A stretch of DNA of 38,396 bases from a virus. The notes under the pieces are model-generated. The model searched no databases. It was not told the DNA's origin and worked only from the letters and a program-made list of their open reading frames with translations. Numbering within the stretch: position 1 is the first letter of the stretch; each line of letters begins with the position of its first letter. The DNA lies in IMG/VR virus record IMGVR_UViG_3300022751_000013, positions 1-38,396 of that record; one strand, 5' to 3'. Both the position numbers and the translations under genes were made by a program. Shown here one piece after another: positions 1 through 9,579 of this stretch.

Positions 1-127
1 CTGCGAAAGTTCCCGTACCAGCGCTTACCTGATATTTTAATGTAAATGTTGTTGCACCAGGAGTTAGTCCTGTAAGCAAATGCGTACGAGATGCTCCAAG
101 GTCTTCGTTACCTGCTGATGTTTTATT
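1..127. repeat. Terminal direct repeat copy 1, identical to 38270..38396. Most likely a circular-assembly overlap.
   Basis: Read directly: bases 1-127 equal bases 38270-38396. An ORF reads continuously through the junction. Confidence 0.95.
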
Positions 128-850
128 GAGCAGTGCTGTTGTATCAGATGCGGCTATTGTATTCGCACCAGAGGCAACAAACGATGTACGTGAGAACCCA
201 CCACCAGTGTTATTAGACTGAGTAGCTCCAATAATAAGCAGTGCCAGACCATTGGTTCCAATTGTCGCCGTCACTGTTGGTCCAACAGTTGCGAGGTCTG
301 TGTATGTACCAGATGTCGTTGTTTGACCAGTGGCTATAGTAGCGCTGAGCGCACCTAGTGAAAGCTTAGATGATGTAATACTAGCGTTAGCGAGGTCTGC
401 TGTGACAATAGTACCATCTACAATCTTAGCGCTTGTGACGACGCTGTCTGCAAGTGCGGCGGTGTTATCAACAGCACCAGCTTTTAGTGTCCCGTCCTGA
501 TCGTGAGAGATAAGAATGCCCTCTACTAGCGAGTCAGCCCAGTTAGCAGTAGGCAAACAAACAACAATAGCACCAATAGGATAAATGTCATCTGATCCAC
601 CAGTAAGCTGAATCTGTGTGATAGTTGTTCCTGAAACGATACCAGTCCAGTCCGACTGTGAACCAGGGATGATGTTATTGCTTGTGTCTGTATTGTAAAG
701 CTGGAAGTCTACAGGTGTATCAGTAGCCCAACCGTTAAGTGCGGCAACTGTAATTGAAGAAGCAGCCAAGGCTTTTTGGGCTGTTAGCGTCGTAGCTTCT
801 GCTCGTGTGCCGTTGGATGCTTTGTGGAATTTATCTGTAATGAGAACCAT
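1..850 (-). CDS. Tail fiber / receptor-binding-like structural protein, 5' part. The ORF runs off the left edge and continues at 38269..38241, giving 292 aa once the contig is circularised.
   Basis: ATG at 850-848 is preceded by AAAGGA. My hand translation is open down to base 1, and the frame joins 38269 and ends at TAA 38243..38241. The protein is T/S/G/A-rich, with an IVDGTIVTADLANASITSSKL-type segment typical of phage fibers. Confidence 0.6.
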   Translation of the reverse strand, partial: MVLITDKFHKASNGTRAEATTLTAQKALAASSITVAALNGWATDTPVDFQLYNTDTSNNIIPGSQSDWTGIVSGTTITQIQLTGGSDDIYPIGAIVVCLPTANWADSLVEGILISHDQDGTLKAGAVDNTAALADSVVTSAKIVDGTIVTADLANASITSSKLSLGALSATIATGQTTTSGTYTDLATVGPTVTATIGTNGLALLIIGATQSNNTGGGFSRTSFVASGANTIAASDTTALLNKTSAGNEDLGASRTHLLTGLTPGATTFTLKYQVSAGTGTFA

Positions 851-897
851 GGTTTATCCTTTTATGTCTTAATTATAAATATATAGTGCTGGTTATG

Positions 898-2886
898 CTA
901 ACCGTCTGAATCGAGAAGTCCAATTTTGACGTACTCTACAATCACATCAGATAATTGGTAGGCTGTATTAGACTCGACAGAGTCAACTGACCATGTTACC
1001 CAGTTCATGTCTTCTTCGATTTCAATAGGGATTTTCTCACGTGAGTTACCGTATGAAATAGGAACTTGCATTGTAGTAGACCACGGCAGAACAGACCATG
1101 CCGCTTCGCCCCAACCAACCGCCGTAGATACACTAGAAAATGAATCAGCTCCCACAGTAGCAAGTGAGGAGTCCTCGGTCTTACCAGATACTGCTACATT
1201 GATCGTCCCGCGTGGTCTAAGGAATACAAATGTCACACGAGTTACAGTAGCCCATTCTTCACCATCTTCTGAAAACCTAAGTTGACCAGAGGTGATATTA
1301 GTAGGGAAAGCTAGCCCATTATCCATGGTTGCTTGTGAGTCTGTAAGTTCGAATATCATGTTATCTTTTAAGACGAGGTGATGAGTACGTCCTGAGTTAT
1401 CTTCATACAGGCTCATCCAGTCAGCTGAGATGTTAAATGGAAGCATCCAAGCACCGTCTCGGTCAAGGTCTAATACCCAGATCTGGTTGTTATTTGTAGC
1501 GCCAACAGGAAGTGCCCAATAGATACGACCATCATACGCAAGACCTACGCAGTTATCCATTGCGAGGATGTTTAGGTTTACGACGTCGGGCTGAATAGTC
1601 TCTGAAACAGTATTTGTAGAAAGAATATTTTGTAGTTGTGGACGAGTTCCTGTAGTCTTAAATCCACCGCGTGATGGATACCATAGGGAGTCACGGTAAG
1701 AAACCACTCCGTCGGGTGAATCTGTACCGTCTTGTCCGTTGTCTTCTTTCACGTCGAAGTAAGGGATAATCTCGTCACCTACCGTTACTGTTGCGGGAGT
1801 CATAGTGTAGCGTTTACCGTTACCGTTTGTACCTTTACAGATAACCATAGGAGTAGATTGTCCTTGACCTGTGCGGAAGGACTTCACGACTACAGGGAAT
1901 TCTTTTGTTCCTTTTCCAATTTCAACCCAACCACCGCCACCATAAGGCGAGAAGTCCAATGCTGATGTTCCTGTACCGCCATATCGGACATATCGAGGAT
2001 TATCAGCATCTCCTGTGAGAAATACTTGAGCACCCTGACTAGCAGTAATAACTGTAGCTCTTGTAACTTTTGGACCTTCTGTTGTATCAGCGATTGGGGC
2101 TGTACGTGTAATGTCTTTAGAGGCTGTACCGTCATCTTTATAGGTAAGTCCTGTAATAGCCGAGGCGATAAGGAATTGCGCATCGGCAGTCTCACCCATG
2201 TATAAGTTGTAACTCTGTGCTCCAGCAACAGCAGACCAAGTAATGGTTAGGAAGTTTGTTGTAGAATCCCAAGCACCACGTACTAAGGATACTTGTTGAG
2301 AATCAGTTGGGGCAGCTGCAGTTTCTCCCACGGTTGAGTTTGCTGTGATCGTGTAGTAGTAAGTGTAAGTAGTACCAGAAAGACCTGTAGGAGTGATTAC
2401 AGGCGCTGTAGGAGTTGTTAAAGCGACAAACGGTATAACGGTCTGCGTTGGGATATTAAAGTAACTGAGAGAGTCCACACCGTTCATAACGAGAACCTTA
2501 TCGTCTATTTGAACGAAATGACCAGATGCTGTGTTGTCATATGTTTTACCGTCGACAACAATCCATGCGCCACCATCTTTAGCAATTGTAACCTTAGTAA
2601 CACCTGCTATATTTTGCAAAGTAATAAGCCACTTGTCTAGAGTGACTGAGTTAAGAAATTCCCCTACTTCTCCAAGAATTGTACCGAGTGGAGCTTGTCC
2701 ATATGGAACTAGTGAAGGTCGAGGTCCAATTGTACCGTCTTGGTATACAAGAACGTTTGTAGCGCCAACAAGTCCTTTTTGAGGTGTACGACCTACATCT
2801 AAGGTAGAATTGTAGCCTTCAATCCAAGAACGAATTGACAATCGTTCAATCTTGGGAGGGCGAATTTGCTGAGGTACAAACGACAC
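898..2886 (-). CDS. Large tail structural protein in a nozzle / tail-tube-B-like position, with an FN3-like insertion.
   Basis: 662-aa ORF in the track, placed after the 238-aa and 1366-aa virion genes. Residues ~158-255 (..ITWSAVAGAQSYNLYMGE..) look like a fibronectin-III module. The function is assigned by position only. Confidence 0.5.
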   Translation of the reverse strand: MSFVPQQIRPPKIERLSIRSWIEGYNSTLDVGRTPQKGLVGATNVLVYQDGTIGPRPSLVPYGQAPLGTILGEVGEFLNSVTLDKWLITLQNIAGVTKVTIAKDGGAWIVVDGKTYDNTASGHFVQIDDKVLVMNGVDSLSYFNIPTQTVIPFVALTTPTAPVITPTGLSGTTYTYYYTITANSTVGETAAAPTDSQQVSLVRGAWDSTTNFLTITWSAVAGAQSYNLYMGETADAQFLIASAITGLTYKDDGTASKDITRTAPIADTTEGPKVTRATVITASQGAQVFLTGDADNPRYVRYGGTGTSALDFSPYGGGGWVEIGKGTKEFPVVVKSFRTGQGQSTPMVICKGTNGNGKRYTMTPATVTVGDEIIPYFDVKEDNGQDGTDSPDGVVSYRDSLWYPSRGGFKTTGTRPQLQNILSTNTVSETIQPDVVNLNILAMDNCVGLAYDGRIYWALPVGATNNNQIWVLDLDRDGAWMLPFNISADWMSLYEDNSGRTHHLVLKDNMIFELTDSQATMDNGLAFPTNITSGQLRFSEDGEEWATVTRVTFVFLRPRGTINVAVSGKTEDSSLATVGADSFSSVSTAVGWGEAAWSVLPWSTTMQVPISYGNSREKIPIEIEEDMNWVTWSVDSVESNTAYQLSDVIVEYVKIGLLDSDG

Positions 2887-3602
2887 TATTCATCTCCCAA
2901 TGGTTGACCGTAAGTATTAGAATACCCAAACGTGCTGTAATTAGACGACCAACTCTCTCCTACTACAGATGGTGACATTGGAATCTGGTCGATCTGTGCA
3001 TCGTTCGCTTGTTTCATTTTGATCATGATATTATTTGCTTTTTGGATCAAAGCTGGGTACTGTGAAAGCTTTGTGACAGTGTTACGTACTTGTTCAGCAG
3101 CTGCCGCGTATACTAACCAGTTAGGGTCATCAACAAGAATCTCATCTGTTGGTTGTGTGAGTTCATCTAGTTTCATAATGACAGGTACGATTACTTCGCC
3201 ACCGTATTGGTTATCACCTACTACGAAGGTTCGTGCAAATACAAGCTCATCGCCAATAACCGCACAAGTATTATCGTAACGGTATCGTCTAAATTCTTCA
3301 GGTGTGACAAGTGACCAATAGCTTACGTTTCCGTTAGTTCCAGTGATCGTGATATAGTCACCTTCTCGTTTAGAGAATTCATAAATATCATCATCCATCG
3401 AAACACGATCAGAGGTAATCGTACCAAGGGATAGACGTTCGTATCTACTATTCCATTGAATATCTGGTTCAGAAAGCCAATCATCTTGTAGGATATTAGC
3501 TAGTGCTAGGAATTTAATATACCTAGGTGAAGTGACAGCTAGGGGTGTTGTTTTGCCGTTTGATGTGAGATAGGTTTTTTGTACAAATTGCTGAACGTTC
3601 AT
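2886..3602 (-). CDS. Virion structural protein in an adaptor / tail-tube-A-like position.
   Basis: 238-aa ORF whose stop overlaps the next gene's start. It lies between the giant internal protein and the large tail protein. No motif recognised. Confidence 0.45.
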   Translation of the reverse strand: MNVQQFVQKTYLTSNGKTTPLAVTSPRYIKFLALANILQDDWLSEPDIQWNSRYERLSLGTITSDRVSMDDDIYEFSKREGDYITITGTNGNVSYWSLVTPEEFRRYRYDNTCAVIGDELVFARTFVVGDNQYGGEVIVPVIMKLDELTQPTDEILVDDPNWLVYAAAAEQVRNTVTKLSQYPALIQKANNIMIKMKQANDAQIDQIPMSPSVVGESWSSNYSTFGYSNTYGQPLGDE

Positions 3603-3644
3603 GAGTGTTATTTTCCTGTCTTAATTATAGAGTTGTGCATATGG

Positions 3645-6600
3645 TTAAGCTATGCTCTTAGCTTTAATACCTGAACCTGCTGATGAAAGAAGCTTACGAA
3701 TAGCAGCTGTAGACTGAGTACGCTTAAACCCACCAGACTTAGGGGCTTTGAAACCAATCTTTCGTGTGCCACTTGATTTCTTGGTTGTCTTCTTTGTACT
3801 CGTTGTTTTAGCTGTATCTGTTTTCTTTTTAGTTGGTGAGGTTGAGGCTACGTTGTCAGAAGGAATCCATAAGGTAGGGTCAATAGTTCCACCTGCGTAT
3901 TTTTCTTGACGTTTCGTATAAGTTACTTTGTTCGCTAGGTCAGTGTTCTGTAGCTTCTCCAGGTATTGTTTCTTAGCAATCGCACTAATATCAGTCTGAG
4001 CATTTGCAAGTGTTTCTTTCTTTTCTTCATCAGAAAGTGCCTTGTACTCTTCAGAGTTGATAATATTCTTCCATATAAGCTGAGTCTCTTGACCGATTGC
4101 GTCGTTATACTCTTTTTGTTGGTCAGGAGTCAGGTCTACGGTCTGTCCACCAGCTTTAATAGTCTTGTCAGTAAGAGGGTAAATGAATTGATCCGCGTCT
4201 TTTAATCGCTTCAATTCATCAGTAAGGTTGTTCTCTATAGCATTAGACGGTCGTAGAGGGTCTACAAGGCGACCAATAGGCGAATCGTTGGCTTGTTTCA
4301 ACTCATTACCGAAAGCGTCTGATTTCGCATTGAGAGTCGTTCTAGCACCAGGTATACGGCTAAGGATGGCTTCACCTGGGTTGTTTGCTTGACGTTGCGT
4401 TTCATCTGTTGCGTTCCCAATGTCATTGAATAGTGTAGGGACAACTGAACCAGCTTGTGATTTAACAAAGTTTGCTGCGTATCGTTGTGGGTCTTGAATA
4501 GCGTCTAGTGCACCTGAGATACCAGAAAGGAATGACTGCTCCAGTGTTCCTGTTGCGAGTTGTGTAGCCCCTGCTACTGTTGAATCAAATCCATTTGCTC
4601 CTTCTTTGGCTGCGTCAGTAATTGCTTTACCAACATTAAATAATGCTCCAACAGGACCTGCATAGTTGAGTGAATAGTATTTATCTCCAACTCGGATTGC
4701 ATTAGGAATAATACCCTCTGCTTTCCAGCGAGCCGCTTCTTTTGGATCATTAGGATAATTACCAGTAAGTAAATCATTATTAGCAAGTACAGCACCTAAG
4801 TAGATAATCCCTGTTCCTGTACCAGCCTCTGAGATAGCCTGTACTAGTTTTGCCTGGTTAAGTTGCTTCTTACCTGCTTGTAGGGCTACCTCTTTAACTG
4901 CTCCAATAGGCGTAAAGTCAATAACACGAGACAAGAATGCTGAGGGTACCTTAGTAAACGGTGCAAGTATACCGAGAGTTAATTTAGCACTACCTCTAAC
5001 AATAGGGTTTTCAAGTCGTTCAATAGACTGACGGACACCATTAACACCATTAGAGAGTAACGTATCATTGGCAAGAACAGATTGGTTTGCTACCTCTGTA
5101 GCATATTGTGTCGCTTCGTCAGTTGGATTCTTGAGTCCGTTCTCTACATAGTCATCAAACGCTTTGCCTTTAAGCTTAAGGTTCTTGGCTTCAACAATCG
5201 TAGCTTCAGCGATGGAGTTTTTAAACTGTGAGTAGTAGAACGGTCGGTCGGCTGCACCCATGACACGGAATACACCGTTCACATAGGTTTTAAGGCCTTT
5301 ATTTTTAAAGTTAATCTCACGATCAATATACTTCCCATCAGCTGTAAAGGCACGTTCATCTACACCAGTACGTAGGTACTTAGCTGCTTTAGATAGTCCT
5401 TGTGCGGTACCTTCCCAGTTTCCACGATTAGTTAGAACTGCACTACGCTTCTTGGTAAAGAGCGATGCAACCATGTCAGCCGCTACAGCACCAGGGCGAG
5501 ATACTTCACGTAGTCCTCGGAACAAGGCATTTGATAGTGCACCACCTGTAGTAGTACGAATACCTGTAAGTAGTCCAGCTTTCCATGTTCCAACAATTTT
5601 ATCTACTAACTCGGTAGGGATAAGATTATTCACTTCACGCTGTACTTCGGCAATGATTTGGCTTTTAGCTTCGTCCTTCTGAACCTTAGATAGATCTGGA
5701 GTAGAGTCTACCTCATCAATACGACTTGCTAATCCTTGTATCTTTTGGCGCTGTTCAGGACTTAATTTAACATCTGCTTGCTTGAGTTGGCGTTGTGCAT
5801 CAAACAATAACCCTTGCGCTGTACGGCGATTAATGAGTTTGGCTGCTTGTACGGTTTGACCAGCTTTAGTAAGTGAGCTAGAGAGTTTGTCATAGATTTC
5901 AGTTGCCAGCCGCAAACTAGCCTCGTCCCCACGTAGGTCTAATGCTGTAGCTGTAGCGAGTCCATCCGCAATATCCTTTGAACTTGCAGTGGGGGAGTCT
6001 AAGCGAGACAGAACATCGGTAGAAGCTTCGTCAATACCCTTGTCTTTTAGATAGACGATAGAGTCCTCAAGTGAACCTTGGTTAGTTACTGGGTCATATT
6101 CAGGTGCAGATTCACGTACTCTTTGCGCGAGGTCATCAGAAAGATTGCCACTATTTGGTGCTGTTTGAGATGCAAACTTAGTCTGACGGGTAGGTGCAGG
6201 TATTGCTTGAACCTGCGGGATAATTTCAGTTTCATCTACACGAGGTGTAATAGGGAATTCTGGTTCATTACCTGGTAGTTTGATATAGCCACCTTCACGT
6301 TCTGCGCGACTTGGCATATCGAAGTTTCTTAAATCAGGATTTAAGATACGTTTTTCGTTAAAATCATAGTTTTGTATTGATGTCCATTTACCGTCAGGTG
6401 TTTTAATCTCAATGTCTTGCGCCCCAATAGGGCTGTTCGATATGTAGTCCTGGTCCTTCCCACGACCAACCCTTGCATTATCAGCAATTGTTGTTGGAGT
6501 CTTTTTGACCCTTAATAGATAGCTTCCTGCCATTCCTTTTCGATCAGCAAAACTTTGGGCTGTGTCTTCTGATTTACTTAGGAAAATACGGGCTGCATCG

Positions 6601-7745
6601 CTATTTGGATCTACTTTCCCAAGATTGGCTTTACCACCCATTAAACCTTCTTGTTGAATGCGTCGTGCTGCACCTTCTGATGTTCCATGATACAGAACGT
6701 CTGGTTTATTAAAGTTTGGTAAACCTAAATACCCACCTTGCCCAATCTCGCGTTCAACACTCTTTTGTGTATTGAGACGCTCAACTCGGTTCATAGCCAT
6801 TGCTTTTGAAACCTCGCGCCTTGCGACAGGATCGGGTGTATTATCGAACTGTTGCGCTAGTTGTGAGTACTGATCATCGAAACCTGTCACGCGAGGGTCT
6901 TTAGAAGCGATGACGGAAGGTCGCGCTTCATTTACTGTATTAACTACGGCTTTCGGTGTCTTACTTGCTCCACGAACAATAGCACCCGTGAGAGGTGCTG
7001 CAATATCTAATGCTCCAGCTGTTAAGCCTGAAAGTGCTGCGCCCTTAGCACCAGCGGCTAATGATTCACCTAAATCACCTGTTTGTCCAAATGTTTGTAG
7101 TCCAGCCTGTGAACCACCAGTAGCTCCGAATAATCCAGCATCTGCGACACCGCGTTTAAGTATTTCTTTAACAGGTGCACCCTTAGCTAGGTTAAGCGGA
7201 TTGGCAAACATAGTAACACCGTTGGCTACTTCTAACCCTTTGCCTAGTACAGCAGCAACGTCTTGTGCGTTGCCTCGTCCTGTCGCGATTCTTGTTGCAT
7301 TTTCATCTACATCGGATGTGCCGACAATCGCCTTACCTTCAATATCTTTACCAGTCTGCAGTAGCTTACGCAGGCTATCTGTATTAGCAAGTTGCTGAGT
7401 TGACTGTTTGATCTTCTGTTCTTTATTAGCGAAGGGATTTGTTGATGCACCTAGATTACCTAATAAACCACCTCCTTGAAGAGCTACATCTGCTATCGCT
7501 CCGCCTGTTTGCTGGAATCCAGCACCTAATGTCTTACCTAAATCTCCTAAGTTCTTACCAAGCCTTGAGAAGGTGTCATCTCGTATAATCTTTTGTGAAG
7601 TCTTATCGCCAGCAATTGCTAGCTCTTTACGAAGGTTAGATCCATTTGCACCTGTGGCTTGGGTATACTGTTCAATGGTAATTTTCTTACCGTTATCATC
7701 AAAGAAGTCAAACCCCTTATCGGAACGTTGAACTTTTTTAGCCAC
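3645..7745 (-). CDS. Giant internal virion / DNA-ejection-type protein carrying an embedded ADP-ribosyltransferase-fold (NAD-binding) segment.
   Basis: 1366-aa ORF with a Gly-rich N-terminus and a lysine-rich C-terminal tail. Residues ~340-460 read PDVLYHGTSEGAARRIQQEGL...RIFLSKSEDTAQSFADRKG..YLLRVKK. From memory this resembles the KptA/Tpt1 C-lobe and the YHGT motif of diphtheria toxin and exotoxin A. Confidence 0.6.
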   Translation of the reverse strand: MAKKVQRSDKGFDFFDDNGKKITIEQYTQATGANGSNLRKELAIAGDKTSQKIIRDDTFSRLGKNLGDLGKTLGAGFQQTGGAIADVALQGGGLLGNLGASTNPFANKEQKIKQSTQQLANTDSLRKLLQTGKDIEGKAIVGTSDVDENATRIATGRGNAQDVAAVLGKGLEVANGVTMFANPLNLAKGAPVKEILKRGVADAGLFGATGGSQAGLQTFGQTGDLGESLAAGAKGAALSGLTAGALDIAAPLTGAIVRGASKTPKAVVNTVNEARPSVIASKDPRVTGFDDQYSQLAQQFDNTPDPVARREVSKAMAMNRVERLNTQKSVEREIGQGGYLGLPNFNKPDVLYHGTSEGAARRIQQEGLMGGKANLGKVDPNSDAARIFLSKSEDTAQSFADRKGMAGSYLLRVKKTPTTIADNARVGRGKDQDYISNSPIGAQDIEIKTPDGKWTSIQNYDFNEKRILNPDLRNFDMPSRAEREGGYIKLPGNEPEFPITPRVDETEIIPQVQAIPAPTRQTKFASQTAPNSGNLSDDLAQRVRESAPEYDPVTNQGSLEDSIVYLKDKGIDEASTDVLSRLDSPTASSKDIADGLATATALDLRGDEASLRLATEIYDKLSSSLTKAGQTVQAAKLINRRTAQGLLFDAQRQLKQADVKLSPEQRQKIQGLASRIDEVDSTPDLSKVQKDEAKSQIIAEVQREVNNLIPTELVDKIVGTWKAGLLTGIRTTTGGALSNALFRGLREVSRPGAVAADMVASLFTKKRSAVLTNRGNWEGTAQGLSKAAKYLRTGVDERAFTADGKYIDREINFKNKGLKTYVNGVFRVMGAADRPFYYSQFKNSIAEATIVEAKNLKLKGKAFDDYVENGLKNPTDEATQYATEVANQSVLANDTLLSNGVNGVRQSIERLENPIVRGSAKLTLGILAPFTKVPSAFLSRVIDFTPIGAVKEVALQAGKKQLNQAKLVQAISEAGTGTGIIYLGAVLANNDLLTGNYPNDPKEAARWKAEGIIPNAIRVGDKYYSLNYAGPVGALFNVGKAITDAAKEGANGFDSTVAGATQLATGTLEQSFLSGISGALDAIQDPQRYAANFVKSQAGSVVPTLFNDIGNATDETQRQANNPGEAILSRIPGARTTLNAKSDAFGNELKQANDSPIGRLVDPLRPSNAIENNLTDELKRLKDADQFIYPLTDKTIKAGGQTVDLTPDQQKEYNDAIGQETQLIWKNIINSEEYKALSDEEKKETLANAQTDISAIAKKQYLEKLQNTDLANKVTYTKRQEKYAGGTIDPTLWIPSDNVASTSPTKKKTDTAKTTSTKKTTKKSSGTRKIGFKAPKSGGFKRTQSTAAIRKLLSSAGSGIKAKSIA

Positions 7746-7757
7746 TATGGATTACTC

Positions 7758-8156
7758 CTACCGTCGTCTTAGTAAATCTTGTAGTGCTGGAACATACGGT
7801 CCCTCACCTGGACTATACGGTGTTGCACCGCTTCGGACACTAAGCCTAGGATCTGTTGCGCCCATAATTGGGCTGCGGAATCCTCTTTGGGGTTGAACTA
7901 CAGAATATGCCTGCGGGACAATTCCTCGGTTATCATCTGGTTCGTAACCAAATTGCGCTGGTTCCATACCTGATACTGCTTGACGTTGTGGTATTGGTAT
8001 ACCTAATTCACCAATATTATAAGTTGTTCCACCTCTTAGGATTGATTCTGTCGGATTAAAATTTCCTTTTATAGCTTGCCTTGGGTTTGTGCTCCGTGTT
8101 GGTTCTCTATTCTGATCTATACCAAGTAATTTACGTAGGTTTGCGAGAATATCCAT
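7758..8156 (-). CDS. Hypothetical virion protein.
   Basis: 132-aa ORF coupled to its neighbours within the structural block. Confidence 0.5.
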   Translation of the reverse strand: MDILANLRKLLGIDQNREPTRSTNPRQAIKGNFNPTESILRGGTTYNIGELGIPIPQRQAVSGMEPAQFGYEPDDNRGIVPQAYSVVQPQRGFRSPIMGATDPRLSVRSGATPYSPGEGPYVPALQDLLRRR

Positions 8157-9268
8157 TAGAATAGGTTCCTTTTCTTTCGATCTTCTAGGTTAAGTAAGTT
8201 TGCGTATTGTCCAGCTTGCGCTTGTGCTGGGTTTTGTCCTTGTCCAACTGCAATACCGCTTGTATTGTAAGCATCGAGAGTAGGCGCGGTGAAGTTTACA
8301 TTACGGGCTGCAATTGATGGGTTTGCACCAAGTTGGTCAATCTGTGAAAGAAGTGAGCTGACACGGTCGTTATATGGCGTAAGTGCGCCACGAGCTTGTG
8401 CATAGTTTTGACCTTGAGCTTGCGCACGTTGGAGGGCGATACCAGAGAGGCTTTCATTAAGCTGTGCTTCTGTATTAAGAAGACCAGAATTGAGTGTATT
8501 TTCTTGCATTGTTCGTTGACGGGTGAGATCTTCTTGTGCTGAACCAAAGGCTTTCTTTCGGTCATCATCGGCAATATCAATGTTCTGTAGGTTACGACCG
8601 AATGTAGTTTGAATTGCACCCTGTTGTTGATTACCTTGACGAGCTACAGCAAGAGGAGCAGCGAATTGTGCTGCACTAGATGAGTTACCAAGTAGACGGC
8701 GAAGTCCCTGTGCTTGACGACCAACTGTTTGGTCTACGTTTGCACGAGCAGTTACATTGTCGTCAATAGTACGTTGTCGTGTAAGCCCTGCATCTCGTTC
8801 AGCTTGAGCGTTATTACCTAAGAGGGTGTCATATGCGCTTTGGTAAGCACCTTGAATGTTGCCTAGACCAATACCGCGTTGTGCGTTAAGACGAGCAATA
8901 GCTTGGCGAGCTTGTGCTTCTTGGTCATTGTAGTATTGGATCGCCGCCTGATCGTAAGTAGGAGTGCCTGTTAAACGGTCTACTGTGTTACGTTCTAGAT
9001 TATTTGGATCATTAACCTGTCCAGTGTTACCGAAGAGACTAATCCCAGATATTCCCAGACTATTACCACTATTCTGAGCGTTATTAGCACGAGCGTTATT
9101 GACTGACTGTACGCCCTTGCTTGAACTTGAGTTTAGAAGCCCATTAACTGTTGGTGCGATACGCCCTGTGTTTACTGATGTTCCACCGTTCGCACCTTCT
9201 GAATATCCAAACTCAGGTAAGTTAAGTGCTGTTCCTACGTTGTCTAGTACGTCTCCCCAAAATGGCAT
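8156..9268 (-). CDS. Q/N/G-rich hypothetical virion protein, possibly internal or ejection-related.
   Basis: 370-aa ORF of low complexity, rich in Gln, Asn and Ala, lying directly upstream of the giant protein gene. Confidence 0.5.
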   Translation of the reverse strand: MPFWGDVLDNVGTALNLPEFGYSEGANGGTSVNTGRIAPTVNGLLNSSSSKGVQSVNNARANNAQNSGNSLGISGISLFGNTGQVNDPNNLERNTVDRLTGTPTYDQAAIQYYNDQEAQARQAIARLNAQRGIGLGNIQGAYQSAYDTLLGNNAQAERDAGLTRQRTIDDNVTARANVDQTVGRQAQGLRRLLGNSSSAAQFAAPLAVARQGNQQQGAIQTTFGRNLQNIDIADDDRKKAFGSAQEDLTRQRTMQENTLNSGLLNTEAQLNESLSGIALQRAQAQGQNYAQARGALTPYNDRVSSLLSQIDQLGANPSIAARNVNFTAPTLDAYNTSGIAVGQGQNPAQAQAGQYANLLNLEDRKKRNLF

Positions 9269-9387
9269 GATATATAAATTCCTTGTAATAAAATAAGTTG
9301 TATTTTATCGTCCAGGTAATCCTTAGAGCGACCACTCATTAGATATAGTCTCGATATATAAAGTATATCTCTGTAAAGTTGGTTATA

Positions 9388-9579
9388 CTAATTGATCGTT
9401 GGTGGTATTATTTCAAGTGGTCTTTCAATCTGAAACGCTCGTTCAGCTTTTTCAACGTGAACTGTGACGGTCTTAGGCGAAAGGAGAGCGTAGAGTATTA
9501 AACCAGTCACTATAACTTGTATAGTAACAAATATGATTAAGAACTTCTTGTTGACGATAAACTCCTTGTCAGTTGCCAT
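9388..9579 (-). CDS. Small single-pass membrane protein.
   Basis: 63-aa ORF with the hydrophobic stretch FLIIFVTIQVIVTGLILYALL. Its start overlaps the upstream gene's stop. Confidence 0.5.
   Translation of the reverse strand: MATDKEFIVNKKFLIIFVTIQVIVTGLILYALLSPKTVTVHVEKAERAFQIERPLEIIPPTIN

Noticed and set aside
1-127. The 127-bp end repeat as a biological direct terminal repeat or cos/pac feature.
   Set aside because: Its length equals a standard assembler k-mer, it lies in the middle of a coding sequence, and it has no flanking packaging-site features. An assembly overlap is the simpler explanation.
6910-7398. Long plus-strand shadow ORFs inside minus-strand genes, for example 6910..7398, 23895..24299, 17506..17862, 15580..15879, 10000..10319 and 36045..36341.
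   Set aside because: They lie entirely antisense to long, well-supported genes. They lack RBSs and have low-complexity, Ser/Leu/Cys-biased translations typical of antisense frames.
9269-9387. An AT-rich 119-nt gap with repeated TATAT units, considered as a late promoter or an origin.
   Set aside because: Several -10-like hexamers are present, but none has a convincing -35 or extended TG at proper spacing, and there is no iteron-like periodicity. The support is not strong enough to annotate it.
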